From Nitrospirota bacterium (GTDB lineage: Bacteria; Nitrospirota; UBA9217), in the NCBI GenBank assembly GCA_963741205.1, contig CAVUHW010000026.1, forward strand, positions 160,001-224,000: a stretch of 64,000 nt of DNA, given 5' to 3'. The notes below the pieces were generated by a model, which saw only the letters and a program-made list of their open reading frames with translations, had not been told where the DNA came from and did no database searches. The translations under genes and the position numbers were made by a program. Positions 22,513 through 34,961 of this stretch are shown one piece after another; position 1 is the first letter of the stretch; each line of letters starts with the position of its first letter.

Positions 22513-23892
22513 ATGACGCCAAAATTCTCATCAACGCAAGCTACTTCATCGTGGCGTTCTTGTTCATCCTCGGCCTCAAGGGCATGTCGTCACCCGTGAC
22601 GGCGAGGCGGGGCATCATGTGGGCAGGCGCGGGCATGGTGCTCGCTACCCTGGTCACCTTCGGATGGCCCGGGCATGACGAATTACGCGCTGATGGTGAT
22701 CGCGCTCGTCGTCGGGGGCGGCGCTTCCTGGTGGTCGGGCGCGGCGGTCAAGATGACCGACATGCCGCAGATGGTAGCCCTCTACAACGGCATGGGCGGG
22801 GGCGCGGCTGCGGCCATCGCCGCGATCGAGCTCTTCCGCGGAAGAACGCACAATCCCGCAGTCACCGGCCTCGCGGTCCTTGGCGGCTTGATCGGCACTG
22901 TGTCCTTCTCCGGATCCCTGATCGCGTTCGCGAAGCTGCAGGGCATCATGAAAAAAGTCTTTCACCTGCCGGCCCAGAATGCGGTGAACGTCATCCTCGC
23001 AACGGTTACGATTCTCGCCGGCATCGCAATCGTCGCGGCGGGGCAGGCTGCGGCGCTCGGGATCATCGGCTTTTTCGCGCTCGCGCTTGCGCTCGGCGCG
23101 GTCATCACGATGCCGATCGGCGGAGCAGACATGCCCGTCGTGATATCGCTCTTCAACGCGCTTACGGGCCTCGCGGTGGGTTTCGAAGGCTACGTGCTGA
23201 ACAACCCCGCCCTCATCATCGCCGGCATCGTGGTCGGCTCGGCAGGCACGCTCCTCACCCAACTGATGGCGAAGGCCATGAACCGGCCGCTCACGAATAT
23301 CCTGTTCAAGCCGATCACCGGCGAGGCCCAGGCCGGCGGGGCGGGCATTACCGGTACGATGAAGGAGGTTTCGGCCCTGGACGCCGCGGCGATGCTGCGC
23401 TATGCGCAGAAAGTGATCATCGTTCCGGGCTACGGCATGGCGGTCGGCCAGGCCCAGCACAAGGTCAAGGAGATGAGCGTACTCCTGGAGGAGGCGGGCA
23501 TCGACGTGAAGTTCGCCATCCACCCGGTGGCCGGCCGCATGCCCGGCCACATGAACGTGCTCCTGGCCGAGGCGGGCGTGCCCTACGACAAGATCTTCGA
23601 CATGGAGGAGATCAATAACGAGTTTGCCCAGGCCGACGTGGCGCTCGTGATCGGGGCGAACGACGTGGTCAACCCGGCCGCGCGCACTGACAAGGCCAGC
23701 CCGATCTACGGCATGCCTATCATGAACGCCGACCAGGCGCATAACGTGATCGTGATCAAGCGCGGCAAAGGCGCCGGATATTCAGGCATCGAGAACGCGC
23801 TCTTCTACGCCGACAACACGCGCATGCTTTACGGCAGCGCGCAGCAGGTCGTGAACGACGTGATCAAGAACATCAAGGAAATGGGGTCGTAG
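22513..23892 (+). CDS. pntB: NAD(P) transhydrogenase subunit beta (frameshifts near 5' end)
   Basis: MTDMPQMVA, IGGADMPVVIS, PGYGMA, IHPVAGRMPGHMNVLLAEA, GANDVVNPAA. Confidence 0.95.
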
Positions 23893-23896
23893 TACT

Positions 23897-24008
23897 GTCA
23901 TACCTGCGAAAGCAGGTATCCAATGGCTTTTATCATAGAAACTTCAACGATTCCGCGAAATCGGGAATCCCGCTGGCTTTATCCCGACTCCGTCGGGCGG
24001 GAATGACA
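23897..24008. repeat. CGTC/TGTC-type REP doublet
   Basis: TGTCATACCTGCGAAAGCAGGTATCC ... GCGGGAATGACA termini. Confidence 0.65.
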
Positions 24009-24043
24009 AAAAAGATTTACAGTAGTCCTTGGAGGATGTTGCA

Positions 24044-25122
24044 ATGATGAAGATGTCGCTTCTCGCAGGTCTCGTTCTTCTGATGTCCGCGGGGCACGCT
24101 TTTGCCGCGGCCTATCCCGAACCCTCGTCCGGCGATTTCATCATGAAGGACTTCCGCTTCAAAAGCGGCGAGGCCCTGCCGGAACTCAAGATCCATTACC
24201 GGACCGTCGGAACGCCGCAGAGGGACGCGACGGGCAGGGTGCGCAATGCCGTCTTGCTTCTGCACGGGACCGGCGGAAGCGGCGAATCGCTTCTCACCGA
24301 CCATTTCGCGGGAGTGCTTTTTGGGCAGGGACAGGTCCTGGACGCGAGCGCGATATTTCATCATCCTGCCGGACGGGATCGGGCACGGACAATCGAGCAA
24401 GCCGAGCGACGGCCTGCACGCGCGCTTTCCCCATTACACCTACGACGACATGGTGGAGGCCCAGTACCGGCTCCTTACCGAAAAGCTCGGGGTGGACCAT
24501 CTGCGCCTGGTACTCGGAACTTCGATGGGGGGAATGCAGACCTGGGTCTGGGGCGAGAGGCGACCCGATTTCATGGACGCTCTCATGCCTCTCGCGTGCC
24601 TGCCGGTCGAGATCGCCGGTCGCAACCGCATGCAGAGGCGCATGATCATGGATTCCATTCGCGACGATCCCGCATGGAACAACGGCGAGTATAAGACCCA
24701 GCCCCGCGGCCTCCGGGCCGCAATATATATCGAGCTCATCATGGTGAGCAGCCCGCGTCAGTGGCAAAAGGAGGCCCCGACCCGCGCGGCTGCCGACAGA
24801 CTCCTTGACCAGATGGTGAGCGACCGTCTTGCCCGGACCGATGCCAACGACCTTCTCTACGCGTTCGAAGCCTCGCGCGAATACAATCCCGCGCCGGACC
24901 TGGAAAAGATCAAGGCCCCGCTCCTCGCGATCAATTCAGCGGACGATGAGATCAATCCGCCCGAGCTCGGGATCATGGAAAAGGAGATCAAGCGGGTCAA
25001 GCGCGGTCGTTTCGTGCTGATACCCGTAAGCGATGAAACACGCGGACACGGCACTCATTCCTACCCCGCGATCTGGCAAGAGCCATCTTGCAGAGTTGCT
25101 GAAGGAATCGGAACCGAAGTGA
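24044..25122 (+). CDS. Secreted alpha/beta hydrolase, homoserine O-acetyltransferase (MetX)-like family (2 frameshifts)
   Basis: Signal peptide; LLHGTGG; nucleophile GTSMGG; NSADD.INPPE; HGTH. Confidence 0.85.
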
Positions 25123-25159
25123 TCACCCGCATGGGATTCTCTCTTCAAGACATGAATAT

Positions 25160-25252
25160 ACACGCAAAGACGCTGAAGGACGCAAAGGAAAGCATAAACG
25201 AAGAGTTTAAAAGCTTCAAAATTCCTTCGCGTCCTTCGCGTCTTCGCGGTGA
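25160..25252. repeat. CGCAAAG-type inverted-repeat element
   Basis: CACGCAAAGACGCTGAAGGACGCAAAGG ... CCTTCGCGTCCTTCGCGTCTTCGCGGTG. Confidence 0.65.
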
Positions 25253-25304
25253 CAAGATTCAATCCTTCCTGTCCTGCCCTACGCCGCCTTCTTCGCCAGC
25301 CAGT

Positions 25305-26156
25305 CTATGCGTGCGCCCACTCGGAAAGCGTCGCAGGACTGATACCGTACTTTTTCGTGAGCGCGGCGATGTCGACGTTGTAGCCGACGCGGTCGAACCA
25401 TTCCAGCATGATCGCGTAATCGTCACTCATCTTGCGCACTTCCTCTTTTGGCACCTCTACGAACCGTATGGTCCTGCCCATGGCGCGGCCGAGGATCTCC
25501 GCCATTTCAGGCATCGTATGCTCGTCCCCGGCGATATCGAGCTCGACCCCGTTCATTTTTTCATGCTGCTCGAAGGCCAGCAGGCCGAACCTGCCTATGT
25601 CGTCCGCTGCGATCATCTGGAGTTTTGTCGCCGGTTTTAATCCGATCTGCAGTTTGCCTTCCAGCAATCCGGGCAGGAACGAGGGTGTCGTAAAGTTGTC
25701 CATGAAAAAGGCCGGCCGGAGGATCGTATAGCTCGGGAACTTGAGGCCGCGAACAGTCTGCTCAATCCGCCACTTGTTGTCAAAATGCGGAATGCCGGTA
25801 TTGCGGTGCGCGCTCCCGACCGATGCATAGACATAATGGGAGACGCCCTTTTTCCGGGCGAGCTCGGCAAATCGTTTTCCCTGTTCCTCCTCCCGTTCTA
25901 CACCCGCCTCCCAGGTGTTCTGAACGGCATAAACACCCCATACGCCTTCCAGCGCCCGCTCGAGGGATTTCGGATCATCGTAGTCGCCCTGGATAATTTC
26001 AGCGCCGAGGGATTTGAACATCCCCGCTTTTTCATCCTGCGGTTTGCGCGTCATCACCAGCACTCTGTAGCCGTTCTTCAAAAGGTGCCGGGCCACCGCG
26101 CCGCCCTGCCTTCCCGTCGCACCTGTCACGAGAATTTTGTCTTTAATCTTATCCAT
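25305..26156 (-). CDS. NmrA/HSCARG family NAD(P)-binding protein
   Basis: VTGATGRQGG, GIPHFDNK, ILRPAFFMDN. Confidence 0.92.
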   Translation of the reverse strand: MDKIKDKILVTGATGRQGGAVARHLLKNGYRVLVMTRKPQDEKAGMFKSLGAEIIQGDYDDPKSLERALEGVWGVYAVQNTWEAGVEREEEQGKRFAELARKKGVSHYVYASVGSAHRNTGIPHFDNKWRIEQTVRGLKFPSYTILRPAFFMDNFTTPSFLPGLLEGKLQIGLKPATKLQMIAADDIGRFGLLAFEQHEKMNGVELDIAGDEHTMPEMAEILGRAMGRTIRFVEVPKEEVRKMSDDYAIMLEWFDRVGYNVDIAALTKKYGISPATLSEWAHA

Positions 26157-26474
26157 GATTAGTACCTCCTTGTAAGCTTTTCATGATGTCTTTAATCAAT
26201 TATATCATTCAATCCCGCAGGCAGGCCCGCAACACGGTTTGCTCGCGCCTCGAAGAACTCATTAAATGAACGGTGACGACGGAAGTACTACGATTCCGGA
26301 CAGGCTTTCATAATTATTAACGAGACATTGTTTCAGTTTATCAATGCACACTTGCGTTGCCGCGAGCGCCATGCATAAAGAATACCAGTTTACTCCTCTT
26401 TTGTTTCCACCCGACCGTCTGAACAGCGATATACTTAAAATAGAAAATTAATAGATTTTAAAAAGGAGGCATCT

Positions 26475-26792
26475 ATGGCAACCGTAAAAGACATAAAAAA
26501 AGTCAATGACTACTGCGATGCCGTGAACAACGAGCTCGCGAGCATGAAACAGAGACTCCATGAGCTGGGGGAAGATGTGAAGAGGACCTATGGTGCGGAC
26601 AACGAACTGGCCCTCACGCATGGGAAGCACCTGTGCGAGCTCGCTGATATGATCGAGTGGAAACTCCAGATCCTGATGAAGGCCTGTCCCTTTGAGTGGA
26701 AAGGCGCGGACAGGGACATCGAGAGCGTATCGGTGGGACCGGCTGAAGCGACGACGGGACCCGACTTTTCCGGTGGATATATCGGCGGGTAG
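26475..26792 (+). CDS. Hypothetical helical protein (105 aa)
   Basis: Strong AAGGAGG RBS, clean ORF, followed by a terminator. Confidence 0.8.
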   Translation: MATVKDIKKVNDYCDAVNNELASMKQRLHELGEDVKRTYGADNELALTHGKHLCELADMIEWKLQILMKACPFEWKGADRDIESVSVGPAEATTGPDFSGGYIGG

Positions 26793-26817
26793 GAAGTTTC
26801 TGATCCTCAGAACATTT

Positions 26818-26853
26818 AAGGCCGACGGATGAAAATTTACCGCCGGCCTTTTT
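26818..26853 (+). terminator. Intrinsic terminator
   Basis: AAGGCCGACGG-loop-CCGCCGGCCTTTTT. Confidence 0.7.
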
Positions 26854-26951
26854 GCGTTGTTTCAGCGCCCGGGAGTCTCGCCGTCTTCGGGCTCAACCTC
26901 GGGAGGGAGGGGCTCTACCGTAGTTCCCGTCTCGTAAAGGCTTTATCTTCG

Positions 26952-27855
26952 TCAGCGGATTTGGCCGGCGTAAGCGGCGGAGGCGCAGGCCTGGGTCTCC
27001 GGCGCCGGATTCAGGGCCAGATAATTGGCGGTAAAAAGGTAATCATCCCGAAAATCACGGACGCCGTCGCCGTTCAGATCATAGGCAGGAGAACGGGGAG
27101 TGCCCCTCTCTTTCAGAAACAAGCGGAAATCTTCTTCCGTCACATCGCCTGACTTGTTCAGGTCGATATTCACCTGCGGGGCGACGGCTACGGGAAACAC
27201 CATCAGCACGCCGCGCTGCAAGAGCGCCATGGTCACTTCATCCGTCCCTTTTTCAGGAAGCACATCGATGATCCATGTATTGGTCGCTTCGGGGTCCTTC
27301 ATCGCCGCAACGCAGGCGGCCCCCTGTCAAGGCCACGTCGGAAATGTTTTCCCATTCCGGCGTCGAGACAAACAGGAGCCGCACGATGGCCTTGCCGTCA
27401 GAAAGCACAACAGGCGGATCCTGCCGGAACCCGATCGATTGTTTTTGATCGAAGAGCGCTATGAAGGCAGCGGGAGTACGGTCGCCGCGGTAGTCCCGGA
27501 AACGTTCGAGGACTGACGGCTGCCGGTAAATGGATTTTTTCTTCTTTTCCCCGGCGTGTTTTTTCCCGGGCCCGGAGACGGGAGAGGAGGGTTTTACCGT
27601 GGTCGGCGCTCCGTTTACGGATTTGGCCTTGGGTCCGACTGCTCCGGGGACGCTCCCTTCTCCGCCCGAAGAGAGCTGGGCTTTTATTTCCGGAGAACCC
27701 GGGACGGTTGAGTCCCCTGACATCGGCGTGTTCTGCTGCGATAGGATGGAGGCATCGCGGTCCTGGCCCTCGGCCGGGTCGGCATACGAAGGTGATTGGA
27801 ATAACAGGACCATCGAAAAGATGATTAAAATTCTGATAGGAGCGCTAAATTTCAT
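26952..27855 (-). CDS. Secreted protein with Pro/Ser-rich linker and C-terminal dockerin/EF-hand-like Ca-binding repeats (frameshift near 27310)
   Basis: Signal peptide; DLNKSGDVTEEDF and YDLNGDGVRDFRDDY loops. Confidence 0.7.
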
Positions 27856-28063
27856 ACTGGTATTAAACGAGCGAGTTCATCAGTAAAGGATCCTGCAATA
27901 GCCTGGGATATCAAGATTCTTCGCTGTCGCTCGAAGGGCTTTCGTTTTTAAAGCGATTTCATAATCACGCCACAAGACTCATGATGCACAGGGCTCTTGA
28001 ATTTGTCAAGTCGAAAGACAGGGCAATACCGGAAATCCATTCAGGGCCGGTTCCGCTCCTCTC

Positions 28064-31000
28064 TTATTCCCTTCCCTCACCCCGGAGAGGCGTAAACCCC
28101 TTCCTGATCGTGTTCTCGCTGACGCTGACAGGATTCATAAACTGAAGGAGATAATCGGGGCCACCAGCCTTCGACCCGACACCCGACATGCCGAAACCGC
28201 CGAAAGGCTGTCTCCCGACGAGGGCGCCCGTGATTTTCCTGTTGATGTAGAGGTTGCCTGCCCGGAAATCCTCTTTCACCTTCTCGATGTTCGCGGGGCT
28301 GCGCGAAAAGAGGCCCCCCGTCAGCGCGTATTGACTTTCATTCGCCAGGGCGATCGCCTGATCGATGTCCGCCGCCCTCATGAGCGCAAGCACGGGGCCG
28401 AATATTTCCTCCTGTGCAATGCGTGATTCGGGATCGATATCCGTAAAGAGAGCCGGGCCGATGAAGTATCCATCACCCCCGGCCTGGACTTCAAGGACGG
28501 CCTTCCCCTCTTTTTTCCCGAGCTCGATGTATGCCTTAATCTTCTTCAAGGCCGCCTCGTCAATGACCGGCCCCATGACGCTGCCCGGCTCTTCCGGGCG
28601 GACCGATCCGGATGCTTTTGATCGCCTCGATGAGCCGTTCCGTCAACTCGTCAATGATGTCAGCCACGGCGATCACCCGCGAGCAGGCCGAGCATTTCTG
28701 CCCCTGAAAGCCGAGGGCAGATTCGATGATTCCCTTCACTGCCTCGTCGAGGTCCGCTGTGCTCGTCCACGATGATCGCGTTCTTCCCTCCCATCTCAGC
28801 GACCACCTTCTTCACGTTCCTCTGGCCGGCAGGGGTCTCGGCAGCGAGCCTTATGATCCTGAGGCCTACCTCCTGAGATCCGGTAAAGGCGACGAAATCG
28901 ATGTCCTTATGGGAAACAAGGTACTCCCCCACTTCGCTCCCCGGTCCCGGGAGAAACTGAAGGACGCCGGGGGGGAGGCCGGCGGACTTGAATATCTCGC
29001 AAAGCCTGTATCCAATGACGGGAGAGAGCCCCGAGGGTTTAAAGATCACGCAGTTGCCGGCCACGAGTGCCGCTGAGGTCATCCCCGTTGCAATGGCGAG
29101 CGGGAAGTTCCAGGGGGAGATCACGACGCCGACACCCTTCGGCTCATAATGATACTCGTTTTCCTCGCCCGGGTAATCTCCCAGGATATGAGGGGCTCCG
29201 AGTCGAAGCATCTCACGGCCGTAGTATTCCAGATAATCGACGGCCTCGCAAACATCGCCGTCCGCGTCCTTCCAGGTCTTTCCGACCTCGAGCACCTCCA
29301 GGGCCGCGAGCTCGACCCTGCTCTTTCTCATTTCTTTTGCAGCCCTGAAGAGATAGTCGGCCCTTTTTCCGGGACCGGTCTTTCGCCACGCTTCGCGGAC
29401 CTTGAGCGCCTCCGCAATCGCCGCATCGGCTTCCACCCGCGAGGCGGACGACACCCGTCCGATCACGCTTTCCGGGCGGGCGGGGTTTCGCGACAGGATC
29501 TCTTGGTCCGTCCGCACCTCCCGGCTGCCGATCATGAGCGGATATTTCCGGTCCTTCATTTTCCGCGCCGCGTCGAGCGCATCGGCCATGCTCTTCCTGT
29601 TTTTTTCGATGGAGAAATCAAGAAGCGGTTCGTTCGTGAAATGCTCTCTCCCCGGCCCCCCTCTCCAACCCCTCCCACTAGGGGAGGGGCTACGGCTCGC
29701 TCCCTCTTCCTTCCGGGGAGAGGGGGCAAGACGTTGTCCTCTCCTCGCCGGGATGAAGGTGTAGCCCCTCCCTTTATGGGAGGGGTTGGGGAGGGTGCTT
29801 TGATCAGTTCCTCGAAAGACATCTTCTGCGCCGAATGATTTTCTGAGGAAGGACTCATTCGAGGTGTTTTCAAGCAGCCTTCTTACGAGATAGGCCATGC
29901 CCGGGATCAGTTCGCCGACGGGCGTGTATATCCTTATATCGAACCCCCGCCCCCGCACCGCCTTCCTGAGCGGCTCGGCCATTCCGTAGAGCATCTGGAA
30001 CTCGAAGGCATCTGCGCGGACCTTCATGACATCGGCAGCGGCAATAGCGTGACTGATGCTGCGGAGATTGTGGGTTGCGACAGCGGGACGGACGACATCG
30101 ATGTTCTCGAAGAGCAGGCGTGTCAGCCGTTCGAAGTTATGGTCCGTTTCTTCCTTGGTCAGGAAAACCGGAGCCGGCCATCCCTTCTGGCGGCTTATGG
30201 CGAACTCGTAGTCCCAGTACGCGCCCTTCACGAGCCGGATGTTGATTTTTTTCTTCCGCTTCCTCGCCCATTGGATGAGTTCACGGAGGTCTTGTTCGGT
30301 GTCCTTGAGATATGCCTGGAGCGCCAGTCCCAATGACGGGAGGTCCGCGAATTCCCCGTCTTCGAAAATGCTTTTGAACACCGCGATGGTGAGGCCCTTG
30401 TAGTGGTAATGCTCCATATCAAAGGTGATTGAAATTCCGAGTTCCCTCGCCTTCTTGAGCACGGGCCGCAGTCCTTCCCTGGTCCGCTCGATCGAGCCTT
30501 CCCAGTCCACGGGATCGAGCTGCGAATAAAAGGACGAGACCTTGACGGAGACGTCCGGCCGCGCCTCCGTCGGGGACCGTTCCCGGAGAACGTCAAGAAG
30601 GGAAAGATACTTTTCCGTGTACTCCCCCGCCTCCTTTTCGCTCACGACCACCTCTCCCAGGATATCGATGGAAAACCCCGTCCCGTCCGTGGTCAAGGCC
30701 TTGAGAGATCGGACCGCATCATCCGCGTCCTTGCCCGCGATGAATTGCCTGGCCATGGACTCAACACTGTTCCTGATCGTCCGTCCGGCCATGCGGGATG
30801 CGAAACCTGTGTCCGGGAGCATCCCGATGCCTCCGCTCACGATTGCCGGCACTTCCGTTTCTCCGCTGAAATATTCGTGCAGAAGCCTGACGACAAGGTC
30901 GTCGGTCTTGAGAGAGGGCAGGACGTCGATGAAACGGAAGAGCCTGATCTTGAAGTCCTCATTCTGCATGGCCCAGTTCATGATTCGCCCCATCCACTGC

Positions 31001-31086
31001 CGGGTGTCGAATGCCGGAGGCGTGCCGCTCACGGCGGCATGAAGCTCGCGGCCTATCGATCGTATCTTCTCTTCAGATTGCGCCAT
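28064..31086 (-). CDS. putA: Bifunctional proline dehydrogenase / P5C dehydrogenase (frameshifts; insertion in the linker)
   Basis: LFRFIDVLP, RLVKGAYWD, ATHN, AYLVRRLLENTSN, SPWNFP, FTGS, EMGGKN, EEIFGP, QPFGG. Confidence 0.95.
29659..29795. repeat. Palindromic element inside putA (35-bp inverted arms, each a CCCCTCCC..GGGAGGGG hairpin)
   Basis: 29659-29693 matches the reverse complement of 29761-29795 at 31/35 positions. Confidence 0.85.
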
Positions 31087-31133
31087 TGTTTGTCATAGTC
31101 ATAATTCTATCATGTTCCAGCTCCTTCAGCTCG

Positions 31134-31210
31134 GTAGCCGCAGGCTTTAGTCTCTGCGCAGGCGCCTCTATTGAAGATAAAGAACCACGCAAACTGAAGT
31201 TTGCGGCTAC
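31134..31210. repeat. GTAG-type REP doublet (REPIN-like)
   Basis: GTAGCCGCAGGCTTTAG...GCG ... ACGCAAACTGAAGTTTGCGGCTAC; a lone right half AAGCTAAAGCTCGCGGCTAC lies at 42304-42323. Confidence 0.75.
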
Positions 31211-31303
31211 TCATACCGACAAATGCAAGAGGCGCGTGGTATCATTAGAGAGTATTTCCCCTGGACCTCCGGCCCCGGGGGAAAAACCAACAAGGAGGCC
31301 CTT

Positions 31304-31981
31304 ATGTCGGAAGACTTCAAGCTCACGCGCAGACAGCTTTTAGCACTGTCCCTTGCCGCAAGCGGCAGCGTACTGGCCGCACGGCTTGACCCGCTCTTCG
31401 CCGAAACGGCAAAAAAGCCGACCCCTGAACAGGTGATGGGGCCGTTCTATCCCGTGACAAAACCGCCCGACCAGGACGCAGATCTGACCGTGATCGCCGG
31501 AAAGCCGGGAAAGGCAAAAGGCCAGGTCATCAACCTCATGGGCAGGGTCTTCGACGTGAACGGTAAACCGATGCCGGGCGTGCGCCTGGAGATCTGGCAG
31601 GCAAACACCTATGGACGCTATATCCATCCTTCCGATACGCATGACGCGCCCCTCGATCCGAACTTCCAGGGCTCCGGCGTCCTGGTCACTGATGCCGAAG
31701 GACGATACTGGTTCAAGACCGTAAAACCCGGTTCGTACCCTGTGTCCAAGGACTGGACACGGCCTCCGCACATTCATTTCGAAATCACCGGCAGGACGAA
31801 CCAGCTCGTGACCCAGATGTACTTCGAGGGGGAGCCTCTGAACGAAAAAGACCTGTTATACAAGAACACCATAGACAAGGAAATCCTTCTGACGAAACTC
31901 ATGCCCCCGACCAGGGACCTCGAGCCCGATTCCCTCATCGCGCCCTGGGACATCGTACTAGGAGTGCCGTACGGTTTGTAA
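31304..31981 (+). CDS. Tat-exported intradiol ring-cleavage dioxygenase family protein (protocatechuate 3,4-dioxygenase-like)
   Basis: TRRQLL Tat signal; GPFYP, EIWQAN..GRY.H, PGSYP, RPPHIHF, TQMYF; AAGGAGG RBS. Confidence 0.88.
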   Translation: MSEDFKLTRRQLLALSLAASGSVLAARLDPLFAETAKKPTPEQVMGPFYPVTKPPDQDADLTVIAGKPGKAKGQVINLMGRVFDVNGKPMPGVRLEIWQANTYGRYIHPSDTHDAPLDPNFQGSGVLVTDAEGRYWFKTVKPGSYPVSKDWTRPPHIHFEITGRTNQLVTQMYFEGEPLNEKDLLYKNTIDKEILLTKLMPPTRDLEPDSLIAPWDIVLGVPYGL

Positions 31982-32241
31982 GTTGAGACACGGAAAAGCA
32001 TTGACTCGTCACTCCCAAAGGCCCCCGTGAAGCGAGGAGGCGTTTAGACAATGTTCTCTCAACCTTCGAAGGCGGGAGGATCAAAGGCCCTGGATTCCGG
32101 CCTGTGGCCAGCGCTTACGAGTGCGACACTGTTCGCTGATTCGTCGACAATTCGCAATCCGCAACTCAGTTTTCCCCACTTTTGCATTGCTTCTTTGCGG
32201 GCCGTTATGCTATATTTCCCGGTGCATGGAGGTCTAAACCT

Positions 32242-33589
<1,348 letters not shown>

Positions 33590-33602
33590 ATAGCTGATTC
33601 AC

Positions 33603-33750
33603 TCGCGAAGCCGCAAAGGACGCAAAGGCTTTAAGATTCTAAAATCAGGAATGTAAGCTTTCTTTGCGCTCTTCGCGCCTTCGCGGTAAACGCCTTTGAC
33701 TTTAAGAATGATCAGTTTTAAGATCAGGCTGAGATAACGGTTTACTAAAG
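33603..33750. repeat. CGCAAAG-type inverted-repeat element
   Basis: CGCGAAGCCGCAAAGGACGCAAAG...CTTTGCGCTCTTCGCGCCTTCGCG plus a tail shared with 22436-22507. Confidence 0.7.
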
Positions 33751-33761
33751 GAGAACAACGA

Positions 33762-34961
33762 ATGGCTAAAAACCCGAAAAATTTTCATCCCGCCACCCTG
33801 GGCATCCACGGCCTGGAACGCACGCACCATGCCCACTACGCGGTCTCCACGCCCATCGTGCACACCTCGAACTACTACTTCAACAACACGCAGGAAGTCT
33901 ACGACTTCATGAAGGCCAAGAGCGAGGGACGGGTCATCCGCGAGCACGAATACGGCCGCTACGGCAACCCCACCCAGGCCGAGTGCGAACGGAAACTCGC
34001 CGCCATCGAGGGCGCGGAGCGGGCTGTCCTGTTCTCCTCCGGGATGAGCGCCGTGATCCTGACCTTGATGACCTTCATGCGCCGGGACGGCCACATCATC
34101 TTTACCTCCGACTGCTACCGCCAGACGCGCGATTTCGCCGCTAATTTGCTCGCGGAGTTCGGCATCCAGGTCTCCATGGTGGACCCCACGGCCGAGGCGA
34201 TCGAGAAGGCGATCCGGCCTAACACGAACATCATCTTCACCGAATCGCCCACGAACCCCTATCTGCGCTGCCTGGACCTGCCCGCGGTCGTGAAGGTCGC
34301 GAAAGCGCACAAGGTCCTGACCGTCATCGACGCCACACTGGCCACCCCGTACAATATCAAGCCCATCGAAATGGGGGTGGACGTCGTCGTCCACTCCGCC
34401 ACGAAATACTTGGGCGGCCACAACGACCTTCTGGCCGGCGTCGCCCTGGGCTCGAACAAGCTCATGAACGACGTCTACCGCATGCAGCGCATGATCGGCG
34501 CCACGCCCGGACCGGTAACCTGCTTCCTACTGGAGCGCGGCCTCAAGACCTTCGGCCTCCGGATGAAACACCACAACGAGGCGGGGCTCGCCGTTGCGCG
34601 CATGCTCGAGGCGCATCCCAAAATCGAGAAGGTCTGGTACCCCGGCCTGGATTCCCATCCCGACCGGGCGATAGCGAAGGCCCAGATGAAGGGGGGCGGC
34701 AGCGTGGTCTCCTTCCTCCTGCGGGGCGACGACGCGAAGACAAGGAAGTTCATCGACTCCCTCGAACTCTTCCTGATCACGCCCTCCCTGGGCGGAAGCG
34801 AGAGCCTCGTGACCCAGATGTGGATGATGTCGTTCTTCGACTATCCCGAGGACTACCGGAAGAAGATCGGCATGTCCGACAACCTCGTGCGTCTCGCCCT
34901 GGGCCTCGAGGACGTGGACGATCTGCTCGCGGACCTCACGCAGGCGCTGGAGAAGGTGTAA
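33762..34961 (+). CDS. metB: Cystathionine gamma-synthase-like PLP enzyme (Cys/Met metabolism family, plant-type features)
   Basis: EYGRYGNPT, SSGMSA, SDCYRQTR, ESPTNP, HSATKYLGGHND, SLGGSESL. Confidence 0.85.
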   Translation: MAKNPKNFHPATLGIHGLERTHHAHYAVSTPIVHTSNYYFNNTQEVYDFMKAKSEGRVIREHEYGRYGNPTQAECERKLAAIEGAERAVLFSSGMSAVILTLMTFMRRDGHIIFTSDCYRQTRDFAANLLAEFGIQVSMVDPTAEAIEKAIRPNTNIIFTESPTNPYLRCLDLPAVVKVAKAHKVLTVIDATLATPYNIKPIEMGVDVVVHSATKYLGGHNDLLAGVALGSNKLMNDVYRMQRMIGATPGPVTCFLLERGLKTFGLRMKHHNEAGLAVARMLEAHPKIEKVWYPGLDSHPDRAIAKAQMKGGGSVVSFLLRGDDAKTRKFIDSLELFLITPSLGGSESLVTQMWMMSFFDYPEDYRKKIGMSDNLVRLALGLEDVDDLLADLTQALEKV

